From an uncultured delta proteobacterium (GTDB taxonomy: Bacteria > Desulfobacterota > Syntrophobacteria > BM002), in assembly GCA_963712115.1 (NCBI GenBank), contig CAVQGX010000030.1, positions 128,001 to 192,000 of the forward strand: DNA of 64,000 nt. The letters are read 5' to 3'. The notes beneath the pieces are model-generated. The model was not told where the DNA came from, did not search any database, and saw nothing but the letters and a program-made list of their open reading frames with translations. Positions 1 to 8,127 of the stretch are shown piece after piece. How positions within the stretch are numbered: the stretch's first letter is position 1; each line of letters opens with the position of its first letter. A program made the position numbers and the translations under genes.

Positions 1-243
1 ATTAACAGTTGAACTACGCAAACAGAGACTGCCGGTGATGAAAATTCGCTGATTCTCAATGGCAGGCGCGGTCTCAGTCAGCATCCGCGCTGAATGACTT
101 CATTAGTTCCTGCCAACGCAAAGGGATCTCTGGCGCAGTTCATCTGTAATCGGCTTGGCTATCTAACTGGTGATACTTTTGAACATGGAGAGGAAATAAC
201 TTCTACTGGGCTCATGATACTGAGAAATGACCTGGCCGAGTGA
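1..243 (+). pseudogene. Decayed four-helix-bundle (23S rRNA intervening-sequence protein family) gene, cut by window edge
   Basis: Joining frames across several 1-nt deletions gives LTVEL..LP.DE.F.LISQMRRAAVSV..AE..AKGSLAQ..LGYL, the family signature (RRAAVS, AKGS, LGYL); no intact ORF. Confidence 0.6.
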
Positions 244-380
244 CTGTTTGCCGTTCAATCCGTCACAACAACACTGTTTACCGCTTACCGTTCACTGTTT
301 ACGACATATCGATTTCATTGACTTAACAAATCTACCCATGTTATTAAGACACTTCCTCAATCTGATGGAGTAAAGACTCG

Positions 381-1598
381 TTGCTTGAAACGACCGAAAA
401 ACCTACTTCGCCTGTCAAAATTGGAGTGCGACAACACTCCACTCCTATCCTTTTCAGTTTGTGCATACTGACCTTCAGCAGTGCGAACTTGATGCTTAGC
501 TTTTTTCTTCCTGTGTACATGAAAGCACAGGGCCTAACTGACGGTCAAATTGGAACAGTATTTGGGCTTATGTCCATATCTGCTCTGATATTGATGTTTC
601 CTTTGGGTGTCCTTTCGGACCTTTTCCCGCCGCGACGACTAGTGCTTTATGGTGTTTGTATCTTTATTCTTTATTCTTGGCAGATTCTTACGGCGGAAAT
701 TTATTGGCAATTTCTTCTGGTTGCTCCATTGGGGGGGCTAGCAGTTTCTACTTTTTTTATCGTTCTATATGCTTTGTTTTTGAAAGTAATAGACAAGAAC
801 CAGGTTGGCAAGAAAATCGCCTTTTACCAGTCTGGCATGTATCTTGGCCTCGGAATTGGGCCTGCTATCGGTGGACTGCTGATCCGTGAGGGAGGTTTTG
901 GAGCCCTGCTTTGGGGGGTGCTGGCTGGAGGACTGGTTGTTTTGATTCTCGTTTTGAAGTTGCCTGAAACAGACACTATCCGTCTAGATCTGGGCGGTTA
1001 TAAGCGCGACCTCCATCAGGGCCGAATTGTCCTTTTCCTTCTCCTTGTTTTTACTTATCCCATTCATTTTGGGGTTGAGCAGACTGCCCTTACTTTGCTC
1101 ATGAAAGAGAGCCTTGGTTTTTCCTTTACCAACATCGGTCTAGTTTATCTCATGATCGGCATCTGGATGGCTTTCCTTGCTCCTTTTGCCGGGCATCGCT
1201 TTGATACTAGTCAGAGCCTTCGAGCTCTTCTTATCTGTGGATTGGCCATTTCTGGAACTTTTCAAATTCTTACCGCCATGGTCTCCTCCCTTCCCTCTAT
1301 GGTCATAGTGCGGCTCCTCCACACCGTAGGTGATGTAATGATGATCCTGTCAATAGGAGTGATGACTGCTGCTTTTTTCCCCGAGGCGAGAATGGGAGGC
1401 AACTCTGCAGTTGTTGTGGCCATTCGTACCTGTGGCATATTCACGGGGAATTTAGGATCTGGTTTCATCAATGGTGCACTGGGCTACGGTTACAGCTTTG
1501 CCATCAGCGGAGGTGTCCTCCTACTTTTTGTAATCTTGACAGGCGGTGCCATGGGACGCCTCCTGATAGTCAACAAGGACTCGGACTCCTCTAATTAG
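381..1598 (+). CDS. MFS transporter
   Basis: 405 aa, about 12 hydrophobic segments, motif A-like GVLSDLFPPRR, second-half repeat AGHRFD; start codon uncertain. Confidence 0.85.
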   Translation: MLETTEKPTSPVKIGVRQHSTPILFSLCILTFSSANLMLSFFLPVYMKAQGLTDGQIGTVFGLMSISALILMFPLGVLSDLFPPRRLVLYGVCIFILYSWQILTAEIYWQFLLVAPLGGLAVSTFFIVLYALFLKVIDKNQVGKKIAFYQSGMYLGLGIGPAIGGLLIREGGFGALLWGVLAGGLVVLILVLKLPETDTIRLDLGGYKRDLHQGRIVLFLLLVFTYPIHFGVEQTALTLLMKESLGFSFTNIGLVYLMIGIWMAFLAPFAGHRFDTSQSLRALLICGLAISGTFQILTAMVSSLPSMVIVRLLHTVGDVMMILSIGVMTAAFFPEARMGGNSAVVVAIRTCGIFTGNLGSGFINGALGYGYSFAISGGVLLLFVILTGGAMGRLLIVNKDSDSSN

Positions 1599-1780
1599 TC
1601 AAATAGTCAACTCGTCGATTAGTCAATTCGGCCATTAGTTAATTGGTCAATTAGTGGACTAGTCAATTAGTGAAATCGTTGAGGGTAAAGAGCAGCCGGT
1701 AAGCGATTCAGAGGTAATGGGTAATAGGTTATGGGTTATGAGTGACAACCTATCACCTATGGCCTATAAACCATCACCGG
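1596..1780. repeat. Intergenic mosaic repeat: TAGTCAAT octamers then GGGTAAT/TTACCCA-type heptamer inverted pair
   Basis: tagtcaaatagtcaac..attagtcaattag; ggtaatgggtaataggttatgggttatg / acctatcacctatggcctataaaccatcacc. Confidence 0.85.
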
Positions 1781-1788
1781 CGAGGCCC

Positions 1789-1826
1789 GTAGGTCGGATG
1801 GTTCCGCGGAGCGGGTTCATCCGACA
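1789..1826 (+). repeat. REP-like palindrome with GTAG tetranucleotide
   Basis: GTAG-GTCGGATG...CATCCGAC-A; same architecture as enterobacterial REP sequences. Confidence 0.6.
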
Positions 1827-2390
1827 ACAATTTACTGAACCACCGAGCTATTTGATATCACAAGGAACAAAGTATCTACAGTTTATTTACATTTTTTTAC
1901 AATTAATTAACAATAAGTTTTTCCATAACAGTAATCTACAGTATATGTACAACTTTGGTACAAATTAGAAACGAATAAATAACAACTTTAAAATAAAAAA
2001 AATTTTATATTGACAATTTGATATGTTTTGAGAGAATGCGTTCATTATTGAACATATATATACCTACCAAGTGATCTAATATCGACTTAAGTTGGGCACA
2101 ATGCGAGTCTTCAATCGCGCTAATGTCAACTGCTTCCAGTAAACTTGATTGAGTTATCAACCCATACTTCTATCTCTACTGTCGGTGGCAGACTGTAACC
2201 GAGTTGGCGAAGCTATGCTCCAGTTACGCTGGAGCACGAGACGGGAGGTCGGGCAAGACGGCGATACGAGAAATCTCTTCAACGGATTTGACTATTTGAC
2301 AATTCGACGAATTGACCTAACTGTGAGCTGTGAGCTTTCAGCTGTGAGCTAAGTTGACAACTTTGACGACTTGAAAGATCGGAGAAAAAA

Positions 2391-2597
2391 ATGATCCTCC
2401 GCTTATGCCTTTCATGTAATTATCACGAAATAAGAGAAGAGCTCGAAACCAGGGTGACCTATTGTCTTAAGGAAAACTGCTGGTCTCAGTACTCGAAGTG
2501 TGTGGCTACAAGAGCCATAGAGCGATTCTTGGAACAAGAGCGCATCGAAGTGCCACCATTCTTTTCGGCCTTATCTCACTTATACAGCGAGTTCTAA
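2391..2597 (+). CDS. Small Cys-rich hypothetical protein
   Basis: 68 aa, GGAG 6-7 nt upstream of ATG, CxxC plus CxxxxC and a further C. Confidence 0.6.
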   Translation: MILRLCLSCNYHEIREELETRVTYCLKENCWSQYSKCVATRAIERFLEQERIEVPPFFSALSHLYSEF

Positions 2598-2751
2598 CCT
2601 GATTATTTCCTGTTCTGCCATCTGTCATCCGCCCTCTGCTTTCTGACTTCTGTTCTCTAATCTCTGACCTCTGGTTAAATGAAAAACGGACGACCGTGGT
2701 GTATAAAGGAATTACCGAAAAACCAAAACACACCACAAAGTAGGTCGTCCA

Positions 2752-3804
2752 ATGAAAAAGGTAGCATATCTGGCTATAGATGTACATGCAGGTCACTGTG
2801 TTCTCGGCCACATGGATTTTGATGGAACTTTTATTGGAAACAGAAGATTTCCCACATCCGAGCGACACATTATCCAGGCCCTCAAAGCTGTTAAAGCAAA
2901 GGAGAAGTATCTGGCACTGGAAGAAAGTAACCTTGCCTATTGGGCTGCCCAGGTGGCCAGACCCTATGTAACCGAAGTCATCTCCTCTGATCCCAGGGAG
3001 AACGCCTTGATCTACCGCAGTGCCAACAAGAGAGATAAGGTTGATACCCACAAGTTGTGCCGTCTTCTTAGACTGGGGGAGTTGAACCGGGTTTATCATG
3101 CTGAAAATGATGACCGCGCCATATTTAAGTCGGCGGTTCAACACTATATAGATCTTCGCGATCAGCAGGTGGTGTTGAAGAACAAGATTAAAGCTATGTA
3201 CCGTCACTGGGGTGTTATTGAGGTAACAGGCCAAGCCGTCTATGGCACCAGCCGTGATGATTATCTGCAAAGGGTGAAGCATCTTCATATTCGCAATCAA
3301 CTTCATCGTCTCTATTGTCTAATGGATGAAACCGAGTCCATGCAAAAAAGAGCTCTTAAGGCAATGAAGCAACTCGGGCGTAAATATCCTGAGATCAAAG
3401 AATTCGAAAAGATGCCTGGCATAGGGGAGATTCTTTCCCATATTTTCGATGCCTTCATTCAAACTCCCCACCGCTTTGCTCATAAGCGTAAACTCTGGCG
3501 CTATTGCCGCTTAGGGATCACCGATCGCTCCAGCGACGGTAAACCGCTGGGATTTAAACGGCTGGACAGATCCGGTGTCTCAGAACTCAAAGCCTTGAGC
3601 TATCGAGCATGGCTTGGTGCCATGGGAGGCGATAACGAGGTTAGAAAGTTTTACTCACGCTCCTTGCGGCAGACTCTAAGCCATGTCCATGCCAGACTCA
3701 ATACCCAGCGAAAGATCATTGCCGTCATGTACGGCATGTGGAAAAGAGGAGATGCCTATAGGCCTGAACTGTTCCTGGATTCGCCACAGATGAACGTTGT
3801 CTAA
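2752..3804 (+). CDS. IS110-family transposase/recombinase (DEDD)
   Basis: AIDVH, LEES, KRDKVD catalytic residues; MPGIG; C-terminal SSDGK serine motif. Confidence 0.93.
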   Translation: MKKVAYLAIDVHAGHCVLGHMDFDGTFIGNRRFPTSERHIIQALKAVKAKEKYLALEESNLAYWAAQVARPYVTEVISSDPRENALIYRSANKRDKVDTHKLCRLLRLGELNRVYHAENDDRAIFKSAVQHYIDLRDQQVVLKNKIKAMYRHWGVIEVTGQAVYGTSRDDYLQRVKHLHIRNQLHRLYCLMDETESMQKRALKAMKQLGRKYPEIKEFEKMPGIGEILSHIFDAFIQTPHRFAHKRKLWRYCRLGITDRSSDGKPLGFKRLDRSGVSELKALSYRAWLGAMGGDNEVRKFYSRSLRQTLSHVHARLNTQRKIIAVMYGMWKRGDAYRPELFLDSPQMNVV

Positions 3805-4176
3805 AGGAGACAGCACCATTAACTGGACTGAAGTGCGCAGACCAGTCCGGCGGATCCGGGTTGCCGGGTGAGTCTCGATCAATAGAAGTCTAGCCACCCC
3901 CGATGCTTCGGGGCGACAGGCTCGACCTCTGGATAGGCCCCCGGCCTTTATACCCAATGTGACCCTAGTCATTTTCCTCTCAGGAAAAACAGACTCATAT
4001 ATGTGACTGGAAAGAACACGGCCCGCACTGTCATGTTGATCCGATCACCCGACTGTGTATGCACACTTCATAAGTTAAGTGATGGTCTGCTCCCACATGG
4101 CCAACAAGGCTCACGGTCGTCCTGTGAAGTCAAAAACTCGATTTCACGGTAATGGATAAGTTTTTCTTTACTTCAC
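3805..4176 (+). ncRNA. Putative bridge/seek RNA region of the IS1111-type element (exact ends unknown)
   Basis: About 370 nt non-coding with hairpins; contains GACCTCTG (3924-3931, target plus core) and ATATGTG (3999-4005, donor plus core). Confidence 0.6.
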
Positions 4177-4475
4177 TTTTCATATGTGACCTCTGATAAA
4201 AACGACTTCAACGATTTAACTAATTGCCTAGGTAATAGGTGATGGGTTATAGGTTTTTGCCTCTTACCCATGACCTTTTGTTCCTTTCCCGCCTGTCTCG
4301 CATTTTTCGCTTTATACCTACCGCTTACTGCTTACCGCGTAACCTTTACTAATACCTAATAATCTTTTCCCACATCTCTTTTTCCCCACCCTACAGCCGC
4401 AGCAAATCACCCACCTCTGAGCAGCCTTCAATTCCATCCACCGCATAACCCTTAATAAAATCAGTTAGGAAAGCA

Positions 4476-4550
4476 TTTTTACCCATTTTATACCGGGTAT
4501 GTTTTGGGTAAATTTACCCATTTCTTACACGGTAAAAAATGGGTAAATTT
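4476..4550. promoter_or_regulatory. Array of TTACCCA/TGGGTAA half-sites, candidate transcription-factor binding sites
   Basis: Perfect 16-bp palindrome TGGGTAAATTTACCCA at 4505-4520 flanked by two more half-sites. Confidence 0.4.
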
Positions 4551-4769
4551 GTGATTCAAGGTTTGAGGTAAAGATTTTTTGCTGTTTGCTGCTTAGAGCG
4601 TGTTAATTGTCGTTCATGAGAGGTTAGGAGATTTGTTCTTGAGCGTTGAGCTGTTAGTTGTTAAGGTCAAAACTTCTACAACTTGACCTAATGGGCGACG
4701 TCTATGCTACTATTTGAGATGATACTTATGAGACTTTAAATATCCGCTTACTGCTTATTAGAAAAAGAG

Positions 4770-5843
4770 GTGAATATGGAATTTCTTCACAAATGGCTGC
4801 CTCAGGTTTGGGCCTTTATGAATGAATCGAAGGTAATTGGTGGGGTTATTATTGTGGTGGCTTTTGCCATCCTGGCGTGGTTGGTAGATTTCATTGTGGA
4901 TCGTGTGCTCACTGCCCTGGTGCGCAAATCCAAGTTCCACTTAGATGACAAGATCCTAGAGATAATCCATCGACCTGTCTGGGTCAGCATCGTGCTAGTG
5001 GGGGCTATAACGGCTGTCCAATGGATTTCTCCTCGACCGCCTTTCCCTTTTATCTTAACAGCAGCATTGAAAAGTCTTTTGGTCTTGATCTGGGTTTTTA
5101 CTATCAACCGCATAGTACTGCGGATAGTTGAGGATTGGGTTCGCCACTGGCGCGAAGCGGGTCGTGAGGGGAGCGAGATCATCGGCCTGGTGGGAAACAT
5201 CACCAGGGTATTAGTTCTTGCCGGTGGGATTTTTCTCCTTTTGTCAATCTGGAAGATCAACATAACCCCTTTGCTCGCATCTGCAGGTATCGCAGGTGTG
5301 GCAGTTGCCCTGGCCGCAAAGGAGACGCTTTCAAACTTTTTCGGCGGTGTTACCGTCCTGCTCGATCAGCCATATAAAGTGGGGGATTACATAGTTCTTG
5401 ATTCAGGCGAAAGGGGTGAAGTAGTAGAAATTGGCCTTCGGAGCACGAGAATCACGACCAGGGATGATGTTCAAATTTCCATACCGAACGCAATCATCAC
5501 CAACACCAAGGTCATAAACGAAAGCGCCCCCGAGCCCCGTTTCCGGGTACGGATCAAAGTCGGGGTGGCTTACGGGAGCGATGTTGATCAGGTGGAAGAA
5601 ATTCTCCTCGACGTGGCTCGCAACAATCCGCACGTGTCGCCCCAACCCAAGCCTCGGGTGCGGTTTCGTGTTTTTGGGGATTCATCTCTGGATTTTGAAC
5701 TACTGTGCTGGGCCCATCGGCCCCATGACAAGGGAAGGATAATTCACGAACTGAATCGGGACATTTATAAAGTATTTGGTCAGGAAGGTGTTGTTATTCC
5801 CTTTCCTCAAAGGGATGTACATGTTCATGCGAAAAGCACATAA
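4770..5843 (+). CDS. MscS-family small-conductance mechanosensitive channel
   Basis: LLASAGIAGVAVALAAKETLSNFFGG, GLRST, IPN, C-terminal IPFPQRDVH. Confidence 0.93.
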   Translation: MNMEFLHKWLPQVWAFMNESKVIGGVIIVVAFAILAWLVDFIVDRVLTALVRKSKFHLDDKILEIIHRPVWVSIVLVGAITAVQWISPRPPFPFILTAALKSLLVLIWVFTINRIVLRIVEDWVRHWREAGREGSEIIGLVGNITRVLVLAGGIFLLLSIWKINITPLLASAGIAGVAVALAAKETLSNFFGGVTVLLDQPYKVGDYIVLDSGERGEVVEIGLRSTRITTRDDVQISIPNAIITNTKVINESAPEPRFRVRIKVGVAYGSDVDQVEEILLDVARNNPHVSPQPKPRVRFRVFGDSSLDFELLCWAHRPHDKGRIIHELNRDIYKVFGQEGVVIPFPQRDVHVHAKST

Positions 5844-5992
5844 AAAATTGGTGAGCGGTAAACGGTTAGAAGCAAAGAATTATATTTTAAAAATACTCTT
5901 TAATTAATAATCCTTATACCGCTTACTGCGTCTTTATGCAAGGTGGTAGCCAGCAGCTTGGAACTTGGGATTTTAGACTTGGAACTTGAAGT

Positions 5993-6925
5993 ATGGAATG
6001 CATATTACTCGGCAGCGGCGGCATGATGCCAATGCCGTATAGGCTTCTTACTTCACTGGCGGTTCGGTTCAATGGCAGAATCTACATTTTCGACGCCGGT
6101 GAAGGCACCCAGCTTGGATTGAAAAAAACCAAGATAGGCATACGCGGGTTGAATGTCCTGGCGGTGAGTCATCTCCACGCCGATCACTGTCTTGGCATTC
6201 CTGGCATTATGATGCTGAAGGCACAAATCGAGGACCCTGAACCACTCACCATAATAGGCCCCCCCGGAATCAAACAGTTCGTGGAACAAGCCCACGCTAA
6301 CCTTGGTTTCTTCTTGAATTTTACCGTTAGCTTTTTGGAATGGTCAGAGCAAAACAGTGAGGTGGCTTACGAAGATGGCAAGATTCGGATCATCTGGCAT
6401 CCACTAGAACACAGCCGCTTCTGCCTGGGTTATCGTTTAGAGGAATTAGATCGACCAGGAAAATTTAAACCTCACCTAGCTACATCCCTTGAAATTCCAA
6501 AGGGGTCTCTTTGGGGCAAATTGCAGCAAGGTGAGTCGATCACCCTTGAAGATGGCACGGAGATCTCACCCGAACAGGTTTTAGGTCAGCCAAGGAGGGG
6601 ACGCCATGTAGCCTATGTGGTAGACACCAGGCCTTCAAAGGGGGTTTACCGGCTCTGCCAAGATGCGGACATTGCTTTTATGGAAGGCATGTTCCTGCCT
6701 GAGCACTCTGAACATGCGGAGGCCAAGGGACACCTTACTGTGGTGGATGCAGCCCGCATTGCCGGCAGGGCTGGGGTACGTCGTGCTGTACTGGTTCACA
6801 TCAGCCCGCGCTATAATAGTGATGAGCTATCTCTTCTGGCAGAAGCAGCCAAATCTCGCTTTAACGGGGCGGAGGTTGGTGAAGACTTTAAAGTCTACCA
6901 GGTACCGTTGCCGGAAGATGATTAA
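5993..6925 (+). CDS. rnz: Ribonuclease Z
   Basis: LLGSGG, FDAGEGTQ, HLHADH metallo-beta-lactamase motif, flexible arm, HISPRY. Confidence 0.93.
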   Translation: MECILLGSGGMMPMPYRLLTSLAVRFNGRIYIFDAGEGTQLGLKKTKIGIRGLNVLAVSHLHADHCLGIPGIMMLKAQIEDPEPLTIIGPPGIKQFVEQAHANLGFFLNFTVSFLEWSEQNSEVAYEDGKIRIIWHPLEHSRFCLGYRLEELDRPGKFKPHLATSLEIPKGSLWGKLQQGESITLEDGTEISPEQVLGQPRRGRHVAYVVDTRPSKGVYRLCQDADIAFMEGMFLPEHSEHAEAKGHLTVVDAARIAGRAGVRRAVLVHISPRYNSDELSLLAEAAKSRFNGAEVGEDFKVYQVPLPEDD

Positions 6926-6927
6926 GA

Positions 6928-7093
6928 ACGCATAGCGCAAAGCGCAGAGCGCAGAACGTCGCGATAGGTGATGGGTAATGGGTAATCGGTGAGAGGTAAC
7001 CTATAACCTATGACCTATAAACCATTACCCGGCGAAGCCGTGATTTGAACGATTTGACTAATTGACTAATCGACCAATCAACCAATTGACTAA
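6928..7093. repeat. Intergenic mosaic repeat (AGCGCAT, GGGTAAT pair, AACGATTTG, ATTGACTA)
   Basis: Degenerate tandem 7/9/8-mers read directly from sequence. Confidence 0.85.
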
Positions 7094-7104
7094 ATACGAA
7101 GGAA

Positions 7105-7281
7105 ATGCCTTTGAGTCGCAGAGGGCGATTTGGAAAATATGGAGACCTCAAGAGGAAATCGAGGCTGAGGGCGGCGCGACTTGCTAAGCGCAAGAGATTC
7201 GGAGCAAATGCGTATTTGCCTGGAGGGCGGAGGAAGGCAGCAGGCAGCGGGCAACGGGCAGCCGGCAAAGGGCGGAAGTGA
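7105..7281 (+). CDS. Small very basic protein (58 aa), below the ORF-track cutoff
   Basis: MPLSRRGRFGKYGDLKRKSRLRAARLAKRKRFGANAYLPGGRRKAAGSGQRAAGKGRK; unique sequence between two repeat tracts. Confidence 0.5.
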   Translation: MPLSRRGRFGKYGDLKRKSRLRAARLAKRKRFGANAYLPGGRRKAAGSGQRAAGKGRK

Positions 7282-7520
7282 GAGGGCAGAGTGTTTCAAG
7301 GCGAGAAAAGCGAGAAAGGCGAGTAAGGCATAGGGTATGGGGAAAAGCGGCAGGCAGTGTCGTTATCCGTTATTAGTTATTTGTTATTGGGGACATCTAA
7401 AGACAGCGAGTTAAGAACAGAGTTTCTGCGAATAACGGATAACAAATAACAAATAACATCTTATACCGCTCACTGCTTACCGCTTACGGCTTACGAAAAC
7501 TAATTGACCAGTTGACCAAA
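7235..7520. repeat. Intergenic mosaic repeat (GGCAGCA, GGCGAGAAA, GGCATAG, GTTATT/AATAAC pair, CCGCTTA, ATTGACCA)
   Basis: Includes a 39-nt block identical to 10772-10810. Confidence 0.85.
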
Positions 7521-7534
7521 CAGTAAGGAAAAGA

Positions 7535-7888
7535 ATGGGGAGAAAGCCGAATCCATTGCTGCAAGAGTTCTTGGACGAGGACCTTCCTCTGCCGGAAATT
7601 GACTGGCAAACAGTGCCACCAGGGGTGAACCCAATGGATGCCTGGGACATGTTTGACGAAAACATAGAGGGTTGGGTGCCTATTTGGTTTCCCACCGGTG
7701 ACCTATTAAGCGGTAAGACATTTACCGAGTTTGAGCGCGCCTATTTTTTTAACGACGACCTTGAAAGAATTCTGAAGGCCATGCGCCGCTGGCCTTTGTG
7801 GGGAAATCCAGTTCAAAAGAAGCAGGCGGTAGCAATTGCTCTTTTGCATTTGTATTGCGAAGTGAGCAGGCTTTGTGCGAAAGTCTAG
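7535..7888 (+). CDS. Hypothetical protein
   Basis: 117 aa, protein-like Trp/Pro-rich composition, AAGGA upstream. Confidence 0.75.
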   Translation: MGRKPNPLLQEFLDEDLPLPEIDWQTVPPGVNPMDAWDMFDENIEGWVPIWFPTGDLLSGKTFTEFERAYFFNDDLERILKAMRRWPLWGNPVQKKQAVAIALLHLYCEVSRLCAKV

Positions 7889-7914
7889 CCCAAAGCGGGC
7901 GGCGCTTTGGGCTG

Positions 7915-8110
7915 CAGGACGGGAGGTCGGGCGAGACGAGCGAGACGGGATCAAGGGTCAGAAGACAGAAGACAGAAGACAGAATGCCGCATTTCGGATT
8001 GCGGATTTCGGATTTGGGATGTGAGATGAGAAACGAGAAATACCGCTTACGGCCTACTGCTTACCACTTAAGAAAACAAATTGACTAATCAACGAATTGA
8101 CTAATTGACT
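7915..8110. repeat. Intergenic mosaic repeat (GCGAGAC, CAGAAGA, TTTCGGA, CCGCTTA, ATTGACTA)
   Basis: Read directly from sequence. Confidence 0.85.
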
Positions 8111-8127
8111 TGACACGAGGCGGAGAG

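Larger units (their letters stand above)
2672..4186 (+). mobile_element. IS110-family, IS1111-group insertion sequence
   Basis: Sub-terminal IRs ATGAAAA (2679-2685, 7 nt in) and TTTTCAT (4177-4183, 3 nt in); short left end, transposase, long right non-coding end; removal restores TGACCTC-TGACCTC-TG; TG core at both junctions. Confidence 0.85.

Noticed and set aside
2506-3306. 266-aa minus-strand ORF
   Set aside because: Antisense shadow of the IS110 transposase running into repeat DNA
4395-4470. Leftward sigma54 promoter
   Set aside because: GG and GC are not 10 nt apart and there is no downstream gene
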